Shown piece after piece: positions 43,179 to 55,821 of a DNA stretch of 64,000 bases (position 1 is the first letter of the stretch; each line of letters starts with the position of its first letter). A model generated the notes under the pieces. That model had not been told where the DNA came from. It worked only from the letters and a program-made list of their open reading frames with translations, and made no database searches. The position numbers and the translations under genes were made by a program. The DNA comes from Escherichia coli (GTDB lineage Bacteria > Pseudomonadota > Gammaproteobacteria > Enterobacterales > Enterobacteriaceae), in assembly GCF_003334305.1 (NCBI RefSeq), contig NZ_QOWS01000014.1, one strand, 5' to 3'.

Positions 43179-44564
43179 ATGCTGACATTCATTGAACTCC
43201 TTATTGGGGTTGTGGTTATTGTGGGTGTAGCTCGCTACATCATTAAAGGGTATTCCGCCACTGGTGTGTTATTTGTCGGTGGCCTGTTATTGCTGATTAT
43301 CAGTGCCATTATGGGGCACAAAGTGTTACCGTCCAGCCAGGCTTCAACAGGCTACAGCGCCACGGATATCGTTGAATACGTTAAAATATTACTAATGAGC
43401 CGCGGCGGCGACCTCGGCATGATGATTATGATGCTGTGTGGATTTGCCGCTTACATGACCCATATCGGCGCGAATGATATGGTGGTCAAGCTGGCGTCAA
43501 AACCATTGCAGTATATTAACTCCCCTTACCTGCTGATGATTGCCGCCTATTTTGTCGCCTGTCTGATGTCTCTGGCCGTCTCTTCCGCAACCGGTCTGGG
43601 TGTTTTGCTGATGGCAACCCTATTTCCGGTGATGGTAAACGTTGGTATCAGTCGTGGCGCAGCTGCTGCCATTTGTGCCTCCCCGGCGGCGATTATTCTC
43701 GCACCGACTTCAGGGGATGTGGTGCTGGCGGCGCAAGCTTCCGAAATGTCGCTGATTGACTTCGCCTTCAAAACGACGCTGCCTATCTCAATTGCTGCAA
43801 TTATCGGCATGGCGATCGCCCACTTCTTCTGGCAACGTTATCTGGATAAAAAAGAGCACATCTCTCATGAAATGTTAGATGTCAGTGAAATCACCACCAC
43901 TGCTCCTGCGTTTTATGCCATTTTGCCGTTCACGCCGATCATCGGTGTACTGATTTTTGACGGTAAATGGGGTCCGCAATTACACATCATCACTATTCTG
44001 GTGATTTGTATGCTGATTGCCTCCATTCTGGAGTTCCTCCGCAGCTTTAATACCCAGAAAGTTTTCTCTGGTCTGGAAGTGGCTTATCGCGGAATGGCAG
44101 ATGCGTTTGCTAACGTGGTGATGCTGCTGGTTGCCGCTGGGGTATTCGCTCAGGGGCTTAGCACCATCGGCTTTATTCAAAGTCTGATTTCTATCGCTAC
44201 CTCGTTTGGTTCGGCGAGTATCATCCTGATGCTGGTATTGGTGATTCTGACCATGCTGGCGGCAGTCACGACCGGTTCAGGCAATGCGCCGTTTTATGCG
44301 TTTGTTGAGATGATCCCGAAACTGGCGCACTCTTCCGGCATTAACCCGGCGTATTTGACTATCCCGATGCTGCAGGCGTCAAACCTGGGCCGTACCCTTT
44401 CGCCCGTTTCTGGCGTAGTCGTTGCGGTTGCCGGGATGGCGAAGATCTCGCCGTTTGAAGTCGTAAAACGCACCTCGGTACCGGTGCTTGTTGGTTTGGT
44501 GATTGTTATCGTTGCTACAGAGCTGATGGTGCCAGGAACGGCAGCAGCGGTCACAGGCAAGTAA
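43179..44564 (+). CDS. dcuC: Anaerobic C4-dicarboxylate transporter
   Basis: 461 aa polytopic membrane protein. Confidence 0.9.
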   Translation: MLTFIELLIGVVVIVGVARYIIKGYSATGVLFVGGLLLLIISAIMGHKVLPSSQASTGYSATDIVEYVKILLMSRGGDLGMMIMMLCGFAAYMTHIGANDMVVKLASKPLQYINSPYLLMIAAYFVACLMSLAVSSATGLGVLLMATLFPVMVNVGISRGAAAAICASPAAIILAPTSGDVVLAAQASEMSLIDFAFKTTLPISIAAIIGMAIAHFFWQRYLDKKEHISHEMLDVSEITTTAPAFYAILPFTPIIGVLIFDGKWGPQLHIITILVICMLIASILEFLRSFNTQKVFSGLEVAYRGMADAFANVVMLLVAAGVFAQGLSTIGFIQSLISIATSFGSASIILMLVLVILTMLAAVTTGSGNAPFYAFVEMIPKLAHSSGINPAYLTIPMLQASNLGRTLSPVSGVVVAVAGMAKISPFEVVKRTSVPVLVGLVIVIVATELMVPGTAAAVTGK

Positions 44565-44604
44565 ATAGTAATGCCGGAGGCAAGTTTCCTCCGGCTTTAT
44601 CATG

Positions 44605-45285
44605 TCACCCACTGTGGTATATGCGTTGCGGTCTGCCAACTTTGCCGTGAACAATTTCAGCAATAATCAGATGGCGGCTGGCGCAATATTCAAGATAACG
44701 CCTGGCAGTGGTGCGACTGATGGTCAGTGCCTGCGCCACCGTTTCTGCCGTATGTTGCACACCAGGCTCTTTAAACAGTTTTCGCACCGCGTTTAGCGTC
44801 AAGGGATCAATGCCAGTCGGCAGTTCGTCTTTAGGTTCACCGCGAGCATAGGCATTAAACATCTCATCAATTTGCTTCTGGCTGGCGCTATCAATACTTT
44901 CCAGCATATGTTTACGCTGGCGGAAACGGGTTAGCGTTTGCCCCAGCCGTTCATAGGCAATGGGCTTAATGAGATAATCAAATACACCACAACGTACGGC
45001 TTCAGACACCGTTTCCATATCGCTGGCTGCAGTGGTAAACACCACGTCGCCGGGATAATGCGCCTGCACCAGTTCATGCAATAAATTAATCCCTCTGCCG
45101 TCAGGAAGATAGTTATCGAGCAAGATTAGCCCCGGCTTAAAACGCTCGATCATCATTCGGGCCTGCGCCAGGTTTCCCGCCAGTAATATCTGACTGAATC
45201 CGGGAATGTGACGAATATATTCCGCATGCATCTCTGCCAGCGGCGTTTCGTCCTCAACGATCAATAGGGTTAATGGAGCTGTCAT
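44605..45285 (-). CDS. dpiA: Two-component response regulator DpiA (CitB)
   Basis: 226 aa; receiver domain followed by HTH. Confidence 0.9.
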   Translation of the reverse strand: MTAPLTLLIVEDETPLAEMHAEYIRHIPGFSQILLAGNLAQARMMIERFKPGLILLDNYLPDGRGINLLHELVQAHYPGDVVFTTAASDMETVSEAVRCGVFDYLIKPIAYERLGQTLTRFRQRKHMLESIDSASQKQIDEMFNAYARGEPKDELPTGIDPLTLNAVRKLFKEPGVQHTAETVAQALTISRTTARRYLEYCASRHLIIAEIVHGKVGRPQRIYHSG

Positions 45286-46912
45286 TAGGTTTCACTTTCG
45301 GAATATAGATTGAAAACAAGGTACCGCAGGGATCATTATCTTCGAGAGTGATAACACCACCGCAGCGCGTTACGTAGCTGGCAATCAAGTACAACCCAAT
45401 GCCATGTTCACCGGGCTCGTCAGCACGCGTACTGACCCCCTGCTCAAATATTTTGTCTCGTAGAGACTCTGGAACGCCGCAGCCCTGATCGGCGACTTCA
45501 ATCACCACATCATCGCCTTCATCGCTGAGGAATAATTCAACGATCTTGTTTCCTTCATCGCTACGCAGGCTGGCTTCGAAGGCGTTATCAAGTAAATTGC
45601 CCACAATGGCTGCAAACTCGGTGCTATCCAGTCCTGGCGGCAGTTGCGAAAGCTGGCTACCGGGGACAATGATCATTTTTAGCCCCAGTTCCCGGGCGCG
45701 CTGCACTTTACCAAAAAGCAGCCCCGCCACCTGGCGATCGGCAAACGCCTCACGCAGGCTGTCAATAAGCTGTTGCTGGGCCTGAGACTCCCCCTGCACC
45801 ATCGCCAGCACGCGATCATACTCTTTCATCTGCAACAGACCATTGAGCGTCGACATCCAATTGAGATGCTCGTGTCGCAATGTACGAAGGCTCTCGACGT
45901 ATTGTTTTATTTGCGTCAGTTGCGCATTGAGGGTGGAAATTTCGTCTTTACTACGAAAGCTGATAATGGCCCCCAGCAAATCATCACCTGAACGAATAGC
46001 TTCCCGATTGGCAATAACGCTCAGACCGTTAAAGTTAGCCACCACATCCTGACGTTTTTCATCAATCTGTTCGGTAAAGAAATCGGCGGGCCTGACCACT
46101 TCAGCAATGGGTTTACCCAACCATTGCCGTCCGGGAGAGCTCAGCCCCAGCATCTTTCTTGCGTTACGATTGATGGCGGTAATGTAACCATGCGGATCCA
46201 CCGCAATCAGCCCTTCATAAACCGAACTAAACAGCGCCTCTTGCTGACGGACCACGCGTGCGATTTGCTTTGGCTCCATGCCCATCATTTGCCGACGGAT
46301 ATGCGCTGCCAGGAACCACGACAGCAACATCAGAATCCCTAACAGCACGACAAACACGCCTGCCATCGGTAATAAAAACTCAGCCCGCCAGCTATCGATT
46401 TTACTCACCAGGTAGCCAATCGACACCACGCCGATGACTTTTCCATCGTCATCAAAGATTGGCGTTTTGGCGCGCATCGCCATCCCCATTGACCCTTTCC
46501 CGGTAATGAAGTAGCTCTCCCCTTTCTCCAGCGCGCCCTGTTTGGTGAACTGCATAGGATAACCAATTTTCTCCGGATTAGGATGGTAAAGGCGGATCGA
46601 GTGCCGGTCCCCAATCACCACATAATCAAAATCGGTATCTCTTTGTAATTTGTTAGCGATGGTCGCCAGCCGTTTGTAGTCACGCGTTTTCACCGCAGAG
46701 ATGACACTGTCATTGGAGGCAATAATTTTCGCCTGATTCATTGCCATGTCGCGTACATGAAGCGTTAAATAGTCCTCAAAACTGGCCGTAAAATATTGCG
46801 CCAGGGCTGCAATGACAAATATTGAGAACACCAGAATCAGCAAAAAGATACGCAGCGGAAATGCCAGTCTTTGGAAAAATGCAAACTGTTTATTCTCGTT
46901 AAGCTGCAACAT
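45254..46912 (-). CDS. dpiB: Sensor histidine kinase DpiB (CitA)
   Basis: Internal ATG at 46912 gives MLQLNENKQFAFFQRL, 552 aa; two TM segments and a C-terminal kinase domain. Confidence 0.9.
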   Translation of the reverse strand: MLQLNENKQFAFFQRLAFPLRIFLLILVFSIFVIAALAQYFTASFEDYLTLHVRDMAMNQAKIIASNDSVISAVKTRDYKRLATIANKLQRDTDFDYVVIGDRHSIRLYHPNPEKIGYPMQFTKQGALEKGESYFITGKGSMGMAMRAKTPIFDDDGKVIGVVSIGYLVSKIDSWRAEFLLPMAGVFVVLLGILMLLSWFLAAHIRRQMMGMEPKQIARVVRQQEALFSSVYEGLIAVDPHGYITAINRNARKMLGLSSPGRQWLGKPIAEVVRPADFFTEQIDEKRQDVVANFNGLSVIANREAIRSGDDLLGAIISFRSKDEISTLNAQLTQIKQYVESLRTLRHEHLNWMSTLNGLLQMKEYDRVLAMVQGESQAQQQLIDSLREAFADRQVAGLLFGKVQRARELGLKMIIVPGSQLSQLPPGLDSTEFAAIVGNLLDNAFEASLRSDEGNKIVELFLSDEGDDVVIEVADQGCGVPESLRDKIFEQGVSTRADEPGEHGIGLYLIASYVTRCGGVITLEDNDPCGTLFSIYIPKVKPNDSSINPIDR

Positions 46913-47291
46913 TGTTTTCCTTGCGGGTTGTCCCGAGCCTCTTTGACGGATGTAATTAAAATGTTGAATCAAAATACATAGATATTAATTATGATCGTGG
47001 CAAATTTTATTCATTAAATCAATTAAATCACTTAAACCTGCTGGTCATTTCGTAATTACATTAATTAAAAAACTTAAAACCATTAAATAAATAAAAAACC
47101 ACTAACTCTATGTGAAATAAATCAAAATTTCACGCCGAAATACTCCTTAGGATGTATAGCGAAAGGAGAAAAAGATATACCTCGATCACCCCCCTTTCTC
47201 CCAAGTGAAAATAAAAGGTTATCAGTTTGCAACATTGAACAACATTCGTTGCAAATCGATAACAACATGCACCTTCAGGATACTATTTATT

Positions 47292-48350
47292 ATGTTCGGC
47301 AATGATATTTTCACCCGCGTAAAACGTTCAGAAAATAAAAAAATGGCGGAAATCGCCCAATTCCTGCATGAAAATGATTTGAGCGTTGACACCACAGTCG
47401 AAGTATTTATTACCGTAACCCGCGATGAAAAGCTTATCGCGTGCGGTGGAATTGCCGGAAATATTATTAAATGCGTTGCTATCAGTGAATCCGTTCGCGG
47501 TGAAGGACTGGCGCTGACATTAGCCACTGAACTGATAAACCTCGCCTATGAGCGGCACAGCACGCATCTGTTTATTTATACCAAAACCGAATACGAGGCG
47601 CTGTTCCGCCAGTGCGGTTTTTCCACGCTGACCAGCGTACCCGGCGTGATGGTGCTGATGGAAAACAGCGCCACGCGGCTGAAACGCTATGCCGAATCGC
47701 TGAAAAAATTTCGTCATCCAGGGAACAAGATTGGCTGCATTGTGATGAACGCCAATCCCTTCACGAATGGTCACCGTTATCTGATTCAACAAGCTGCGGC
47801 ACAGTGCAACTGGTTGCATCTGTTTTTAGTCAAAGAAGATTCTTCACGCTTCCCCTATGAAGACCGGTTGGATCTGGTGTTAAAAGGCACCGCCGATATT
47901 CCACGCCTGACTGTGCATCGCGGCTCCGAATACATCATCTCCCGCGCTACGTTCCCTTGCTACTTCATTAAAGAACAGAGCGTCATTAACCATTGTTACA
48001 CCGAAATTGATCTGAAGATTTTCCGTCAGTACCTCGCTCCCGCGCTGGGTGTAACTCACCGCTTTGTCGGTACTGAACCCTTTTGTCGCGTTACCGCCCA
48101 GTACAACCAGGATATGCGCTACTGGCTGGAAACGCCGACTATCTCCGCACCGCCCATCGAACTGGTTGAAATTGAGCGGCTGCGTTACCAGGAGATGCCG
48201 ATATCCGCTTCCCGGGTACGTCAACTGCTGGCGAAAAACGATCTCACGGCTATCGCGCCGCTGGTCCCTGCAGTCACGCTGCATTATTTGCAGAACCTGC
48301 TTGAGCACTCCCGCCAGGACGCGGCAGCTCGTCAAAAGACCCCCGCATGA
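47292..48350 (+). CDS. citC: [Citrate (pro-3S)-lyase] ligase
   Basis: Internal ATG at 47292 gives MFGNDIFTRV, 352 aa. Confidence 0.9.
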   Translation: MFGNDIFTRVKRSENKKMAEIAQFLHENDLSVDTTVEVFITVTRDEKLIACGGIAGNIIKCVAISESVRGEGLALTLATELINLAYERHSTHLFIYTKTEYEALFRQCGFSTLTSVPGVMVLMENSATRLKRYAESLKKFRHPGNKIGCIVMNANPFTNGHRYLIQQAAAQCNWLHLFLVKEDSSRFPYEDRLDLVLKGTADIPRLTVHRGSEYIISRATFPCYFIKEQSVINHCYTEIDLKIFRQYLAPALGVTHRFVGTEPFCRVTAQYNQDMRYWLETPTISAPPIELVEIERLRYQEMPISASRVRQLLAKNDLTAIAPLVPAVTLHYLQNLLEHSRQDAAARQKTPA

Positions 48351-48364
48351 GAAACAGGTGAAAA

Positions 48365-48661
48365 ATGAAAATAAACCAGCCCGCCGTTGCAGGCACCCTT
48401 GAGTCTGGGGATGTGATGATACGCATCGCCCCACTCGATACGCAGGATATCGACCTGCAAATCAATAGCAGCGTTGAGAAACAGTTTGGCGATGCAATTC
48501 GCACCACCATTCTGGACGTTCTCGCCCGCTACAACGTGCGCGGCGTACAGCTGAATGTCGATGACAAAGGCGCACTGGACTGCATTTTACGTGCACGACT
48601 GGAAGCCCTGCTGGCACGCGCCAGCGGTATCCCGGCTCTGCCATGGGAGGATTGCCAATGA
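48365..48661 (+). CDS. citD: Citrate lyase acyl carrier protein (gamma subunit)
   Basis: 98 aa. Confidence 0.95.
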
Positions 48662-49566
48662 TTTCCGCTTCGCTGCAACAACGTAAAACTCGCACCCGCC
48701 GCAGCATGTTGTTTGTGCCTGGTGCCAATGCCGCGATGGTCAGCAACTCCTTCATCTACCCGGCTGATGCCCTGATGTTTGACCTCGAAGACTCCGTAGC
48801 ATTGCGTGAAAAAGACACCGCCCGCCGCATGGTTTACCACGCGCTGCAACATCCGCTGTATCGCGATATTGAAACCATTGTGCGTGTCAACGCGCTGGAT
48901 TCCGAATGGGGTGTCAACGACCTGGAAGCCGTCGTTCGCGGTGGTGCGGACGTTGTGCGTCTGCCGAAAACCGATACCGCTCAGGATGTTCTGGATATCG
49001 AAAAAGAGATCCTGCGTATCGAAAAAGCCTGTGGTCGTGAACCCGGCAGCACCGGCCTGCTGGCGGCGATTGAATCTCCGCTGGGCATTACCCGCGCAGT
49101 GGAAATCGCTCACGCTTCCGAGCGTTTGATCGGTATCGCCCTCGGTGCAGAAGACTATGTGCGCAACCTGCGTACAGAACGCTCCCCGGAAGGAACTGAA
49201 CTGCTGTTCGCACGCTGTTCCATTTTGCAGGCCGCGCGCTCTGCGGGTATTCAGGCGTTCGATACCGTCTATTCCGACGCTAACAACGAAGCCGGATTCC
49301 TGCAAGAAGCCGCCCACATCAAACAGCTGGGCTTTGACGGCAAATCGCTGATCAACCCGCGTCAGATTGATCTGTTGCACAACCTCTACGCACCAACCCA
49401 GAAAGAAGTGGATCACGCCCGCCGCGTCGTAGAAGCCGCTGAAGCCGCCGCTCGCGAAGGCCTCGGCGTGGTTTCCCTGAACGGCAAGATGGTGGACGGT
49501 CCGGTTATCGATCGCGCCCGTCTGGTGCTCTCTCGTGCAGAACTTTCCGGCATCCGCGAAGAATAA
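48658..49566 (+). CDS. citE: Citrate lyase beta subunit
   Basis: Start [10 protein letters not shown] at 48658, 302 aa; ATGA overlap with citD. Confidence 0.9.
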
Positions 49567-49576
49567 GGCAATCAAA

Positions 49577-51109
49577 ATGACGCAGAAAATTGAACAATCT
49601 CAACGACAAGAACGGGTAGCGGCCTGGAATCGTCGCGCTGAATGCGATCTTGCCGCTTTCCAGAACTCGCCAAAGCAAACCTACCAGGCTGAAAAAGCGC
49701 GCGATCGCAAACTGTGCGCCAACCTGGAAGAAGCGATTCGTCGCTCTGGTTTACAGGACGGCATGACGGTTTCCTTCCATCACGCTTTCCGTGGCGGTGA
49801 CCTGACCGTCAATATGGTGATGGACGTCATCGCGAAGATGGGCTTTAAAAACCTGACCCTGGCGTCCAGCTCCCTGAGTGATTGCCATGCGCCGTTGGTA
49901 GAACACATTCGCCAGGGCGTGGTTACCCGCATTTATACCTCCGGCCTGCGCGGTCCACTGGCGGAAGAGATCTCCCGTGGTCTGCTGGCAGAACCGGTGC
50001 AAATCCACTCTCACGGCGGTCGCGTGCATCTGGTACAGAGCGGCGAACTGAATATCGACGTGGCTTTCCTCGGCGTCCCGTCCTGCGATGAATTCGGTAA
50101 TGCCAACGGCTACACCGGTAAAGCCTGCTGCGGCTCCCTCGGCTATGCAATGGTTGATGCCGACAACGCAAAGCAGGTCGTGATGCTTACCGAAGAACTG
50201 CTGCCTTATCCGCATAATCCGGCAAGCATTGAGCAAGATCAGGTTGATTTGATCGTCAAAGTTGACCGCGTTGGCGATGCTGCAAAAATCGGCGCTGGCG
50301 CGACCCGTATGACCACTAACCCGCGCGAACTGCTTATTGCCCGTAGCGCTGCGGATGTGATTGTCAACTCAGGCTACTTCAAAGAAGGTTTCTCCATGCA
50401 AACCGGCACCGGCGGCGCATCGCTGGCGGTAACCCGTTTCCTGGAAGACAAAATGCGTAGCCGCGATATTCGCGCCGACTTCGCCCTTGGCGGTATTACC
50501 GCGACGATGGTTGACCTGCACGAAAAAGGTCTGATCCGCAAACTGCTGGATGTGCAGAGCTTTGACAGCCATGCTGCGCAATCGCTGGCCCGTAACCCCA
50601 ATCACATCGAAATCAGCGCCAACCAGTACGCTAACTGGGGTTCGAAAGGCGCATCGGTTGATCGTCTCGACGTGGTGGTACTGAGCGCGCTGGAAATTGA
50701 CACCCAGTTCAACGTTAACGTGCTGACCGGCTCTGACGGCGTACTGCGTGGTGCTTCCGGTGGTCACTGCGATACCGCGATTGCCTCTGCGCTTTCCATC
50801 ATCGTCGCGCCGCTGGTACGCGGTCGTATTCCGACTCTGGTGGATAACGTGCTGACCTGCATCACCCCGGGCTCCAGTGTCGATATTCTGGTCACAGACC
50901 ACGGTATCGCAGTTAACCCGGCACGTCCGGAACTGGCAGAACGTCTGCAGGAAGCGGGCATTAAAGTGGTTTCCATTGAGTGGCTGCGCGAACGTGCGCG
51001 TCTGCTGACCGGTGAACCACAGCCGATTGAATTCACCGACCGCGTCGTTGCCGTTGTGCGTTACCGCGATGGCTCGGTGATCGATGTTGTGCATCAGGTG
51101 AAGGAATAA
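49577..51109 (+). CDS. citF: Citrate lyase alpha subunit
   Basis: Start MTQKIEQSQ at 49577, 510 aa. Confidence 0.9.
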   Translation: MTQKIEQSQRQERVAAWNRRAECDLAAFQNSPKQTYQAEKARDRKLCANLEEAIRRSGLQDGMTVSFHHAFRGGDLTVNMVMDVIAKMGFKNLTLASSSLSDCHAPLVEHIRQGVVTRIYTSGLRGPLAEEISRGLLAEPVQIHSHGGRVHLVQSGELNIDVAFLGVPSCDEFGNANGYTGKACCGSLGYAMVDADNAKQVVMLTEELLPYPHNPASIEQDQVDLIVKVDRVGDAAKIGAGATRMTTNPRELLIARSAADVIVNSGYFKEGFSMQTGTGGASLAVTRFLEDKMRSRDIRADFALGGITATMVDLHEKGLIRKLLDVQSFDSHAAQSLARNPNHIEISANQYANWGSKGASVDRLDVVVLSALEIDTQFNVNVLTGSDGVLRGASGGHCDTAIASALSIIVAPLVRGRIPTLVDNVLTCITPGSSVDILVTDHGIAVNPARPELAERLQEAGIKVVSIEWLRERARLLTGEPQPIEFTDRVVAVVRYRDGSVIDVVHQVKE

Positions 51110-51112
51110 GCC

Positions 51113-52517
<1,405 letters not shown>

Positions 52518-52567
52518 TTATTTAAGCACTTGATAAATTTGAAAATATTAATTTTCGGAGAACCCGT

Positions 52568-54031
52568 ATGTCTTTAGCAAAAGATAATATATGGAAACTA
52601 TTGGCCCCACTGGTGGTGATGGGTGTCATGTTTCTTATCCCTGTCCCCGACGGTATGCCACCACAGGCATGGCATTACTTCGCTGTGTTTGTGGCAATGA
52701 TTGTCGGCATGATCCTCGAGCCAATTCCGGCAACAGCGATCAGTTTTATTGCGGTTACTATTTGCGTTATTGGCAGTAATTACCTGCTCTTTGATGCCAA
52801 AGAATTAGCTGACCCAGCGTTTAATGCGCAAAAACAGGCGCTGAAATGGGGTCTGGCTGGTTTTTCCAGCACCACGGTATGGCTGGTATTTGGCGCATTT
52901 ATTTTTGCATTAGGGTATGAAGTTTCCGGGTTAGGTCGTCGCATTGCCCTTTTCCTGGTGAAATTCATGGGCAAACGCACGCTGACGTTGGGTTATGCGA
53001 TTGTCATTATCGACATTCTGCTGGCACCGTTTACACCGTCCAACACCGCGCGTACCGGGGGTACGGTTTTTCCGGTCATTAAAAACCTGCCGCCGTTGTT
53101 TAAATCATTCCCCAACGATCCGTCCGCGCGTCGTATTGGCGGCTATTTGATGTGGATGATGGTCATTAGTACCAGTCTGAGTTCGTCCATGTTTGTCACC
53201 GGTGCGGCACCAAACGTGCTGGGTCTGGAGTTCGTCAGCAAAATTGCCGGTATCCAGATTAGCTGGTTGCAGTGGTTCCTCTGCTTCCTGCCGGTTGGGG
53301 TTATCTTGCTTATCATTGCGCCGTGGCTTTCCTACGTGCTGTACAAACCGGAAATCACACACAGTGAAGAAGTGGCAACCTGGGCGGGTGATGAACTGAA
53401 AACCATGGGTGCGCTGACACGCAGAGAGTGGACACTGATTGGCCTTGTATTGCTCAGCTTAGGTTTGTGGGTTTTTGGCAGTGAAGTCATTAATGCTACT
53501 GCAGTTGGTCTGCTGGCAGTTTCGCTAATGCTGGCCCTGCACGTTGTGCCTTGGAAAGATATTACCCGCTATAACAGCGCATGGAACACGCTGGTCAACC
53601 TGGCAACTCTGGTTGTGATGGCTAACGGCCTGACTCGTTCTGGCTTTATTGACTGGTTCGCCGGTACCATGAGTACGCACCTGGAAGGATTCTCACCAAA
53701 CGCAACGGTGATTGTACTGGTTCTGGTGTTCTACTTTGCACACTACCTGTTTGCCAGCCTGTCTGCGCACACCGCAACCATGCTGCCGGTTATTCTGGCC
53801 GTCGGTAAAGGTATTCCGGGCGTACCAATGGAACAACTGTGTATCCTGCTGGTGCTGTCTATCGGTATCATGGGCTGTCTGACGCCGTATGCAACCGGTC
53901 CTGGGGTGATTATTTACGGCTGTGGCTATGTGAAATCAAAAGATTACTGGCGTCTTGGCGCAATCTTCGGGGTGATTTACATCTCTATGTTGCTGTTGGT
54001 TGGCTGGCCGATTCTCGCCATGTGGAACTAA
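52568..54031 (+). CDS. citT: Citrate:succinate antiporter
   Basis: 487 aa polytopic membrane protein. Confidence 0.9.
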   Translation: MSLAKDNIWKLLAPLVVMGVMFLIPVPDGMPPQAWHYFAVFVAMIVGMILEPIPATAISFIAVTICVIGSNYLLFDAKELADPAFNAQKQALKWGLAGFSSTTVWLVFGAFIFALGYEVSGLGRRIALFLVKFMGKRTLTLGYAIVIIDILLAPFTPSNTARTGGTVFPVIKNLPPLFKSFPNDPSARRIGGYLMWMMVISTSLSSSMFVTGAAPNVLGLEFVSKIAGIQISWLQWFLCFLPVGVILLIIAPWLSYVLYKPEITHSEEVATWAGDELKTMGALTRREWTLIGLVLLSLGLWVFGSEVINATAVGLLAVSLMLALHVVPWKDITRYNSAWNTLVNLATLVVMANGLTRSGFIDWFAGTMSTHLEGFSPNATVIVLVLVFYFAHYLFASLSAHTATMLPVILAVGKGIPGVPMEQLCILLVLSIGIMGCLTPYATGPGVIIYGCGYVKSKDYWRLGAIFGVIYISMLLLVGWPILAMWN

Positions 54032-54062
54032 TACGTTCGCCAAACGCTGAATAAATCATCAC

Positions 54063-54096
54063 GCCCGCCAGGTTAGCCCACCTGGCGGGCTTTTTT
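54063..54096 (+). terminator. Intrinsic terminator after citT
   Basis: gcccgccagg-ttagccca-cctggcgggc followed by TTTTTT. Confidence 0.85.
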
Positions 54097-54144
54097 ATGA
54101 TTTAATAGATAGTATTCAGTGTATGTATGAGTTCCACACCCATT

Positions 54145-54951
54145 ATGAAAGCATTCTGGCGTAACGCCGCGTTGCTCGCGGTTTCTCTGCTTCCCTTCTC
54201 TTCTGCCAACGCCGTAGCGTTGCAGGCAAAACAGTATGGCGATTTTGATCGCTATGTCCTGGCCCTCTCCTGGCAAACCGGATTTTGCCAGAGTCAACAC
54301 GATCGAAATCGTAACGAACGAGATGAATGTCGCCTGCAAACCGAAACGACCAACAAAGCTGATTTTCTGACCGTACATGGTCTGTGGCCAGGATTGCCTA
54401 AATCGGTTGCTGCCCGTGGTGTTGATGAACGCCGCTGGATGCGCTTCGGTTGCGCTACTCGCCCAATCCCGAATCTACCAGAAGCACGCGCCAGCCGAAT
54501 GTGTTCATCGCCGGAAACCGGGTTATCACTGGAAACGGCCGCTAAACTAAGTGAAGTCATGCCAGGAGCTGGCGGACGTTCCTGCCTGCAACGCTACGAA
54601 TATGCCAAACACGGTGCCTGCTTTGGTTTTGATCCGGACGCATACTTCGGTACGATGGTACGCCTGAATCAAGAAATTAAAGAGAGCGAAGCCGGAAAAT
54701 TCCTTGCGGATAATTACGGTAAAACAGTGAGCCGCCGTGACTTTGACGCCGCCTTTGCCAAAAGCTGGGGAAAAGAGAACGTGAAAGCAGTTAAGCTAAC
54801 GTGCCAGGGTAACCCTGCGTATTTGACTGAAATTCAGATCTCGATCAAAGCTGACGCCATCAACGCTCCGCTTTCTGCAAACTCATTCTTGCCACAACCA
54901 CACCCAGGCAACTGTGGCAAAACCTTTGTGATTGATAAAGTGGGTTATTAA
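54145..54951 (+). CDS. rna: Periplasmic ribonuclease I (RNase T2 family)
   Basis: Start MKAFWRNAALLAVSLLPFSSANA (signal peptide), 268 aa. Confidence 0.9.
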   Translation: MKAFWRNAALLAVSLLPFSSANAVALQAKQYGDFDRYVLALSWQTGFCQSQHDRNRNERDECRLQTETTNKADFLTVHGLWPGLPKSVAARGVDERRWMRFGCATRPIPNLPEARASRMCSSPETGLSLETAAKLSEVMPGAGGRSCLQRYEYAKHGACFGFDPDAYFGTMVRLNQEIKESEAGKFLADNYGKTVSRRDFDAAFAKSWGKENVKAVKLTCQGNPAYLTEIQISIKADAINAPLSANSFLPQPHPGNCGKTFVIDKVGY

Positions 54952-55180
54952 TCATCTGATTTACAAAACACGCTAATTCGTCTTCCATAAACCGTGACGA
55001 TTAAGAATTATACATAATGCGCTGCATTGAGGAATTCCCTGAATGTGACGCAAATCACTTCAAAGAGTGAGCAACAGTCAGTATCATCATGTGAGTTAAA
55101 CCCTCGCCGCCTGACGGTGAGGGTTTTCTTTTGGGTATGTTTATCTGCGACACTCGCAGTACCGACGACATGGAGTAAAA

Positions 55181-55591
55181 ATGTCCAGACCAACTATCAT
55201 CATTAACGACCTGGATGCCGAACGCATCGATATTCTGCTGGAGCAACCCGCCTATGCTGGTTTGCCAATCGCCGACGCGTTAAACGCAGAGTTGGATCGC
55301 GCCCAAATGTGTTCGCCAGAAGAGATGCCACACGACGTGGTGACAATGAACAGCCGGGTTAAATTCCGCAATCTTAGCGATGGCGAAGTGCGTGTGCGCA
55401 CGCTGGTGTATCCGGCAAAAATGACCGATAGCAATACTCAGCTTTCCGTTATGGCTCCGGTAGGTGCCGCACTGCTGGGGCTGCGCGTTGGCGATTCCAT
55501 TCACTGGGAACTTCCGGGCGGCGTTGCAACCCACCTTGAAGTGCTGGAACTCGAATACCAGCCAGAAGCTGCTGGCGACTACCTGCTTTAA
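55181..55591 (+). CDS. rnk: Regulator of nucleoside diphosphate kinase (GreA/GreB-like)
   Basis: 136 aa. Confidence 0.9.
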
Positions 55592-55821
55592 TCCCATCTG
55601 CACAAGCGATAACTCGCTTTGCCCAGAGGATGCACTCGCATCCTCTTTACGCAAAATCAGCAATTTTTCCTGGTTCTCACTGTTCACTTTTGCTGCAAAA
55701 TTATTCCGTTTCGTTTGTGGGAATAACCATGGCAGAAGCATTTTACATCCTGATAGGATTTCTGATTATGGCGGCGATTATCGTCATGGCTGTCCTTTAC
55801 CTCGAAAACCACTCCTGACGA

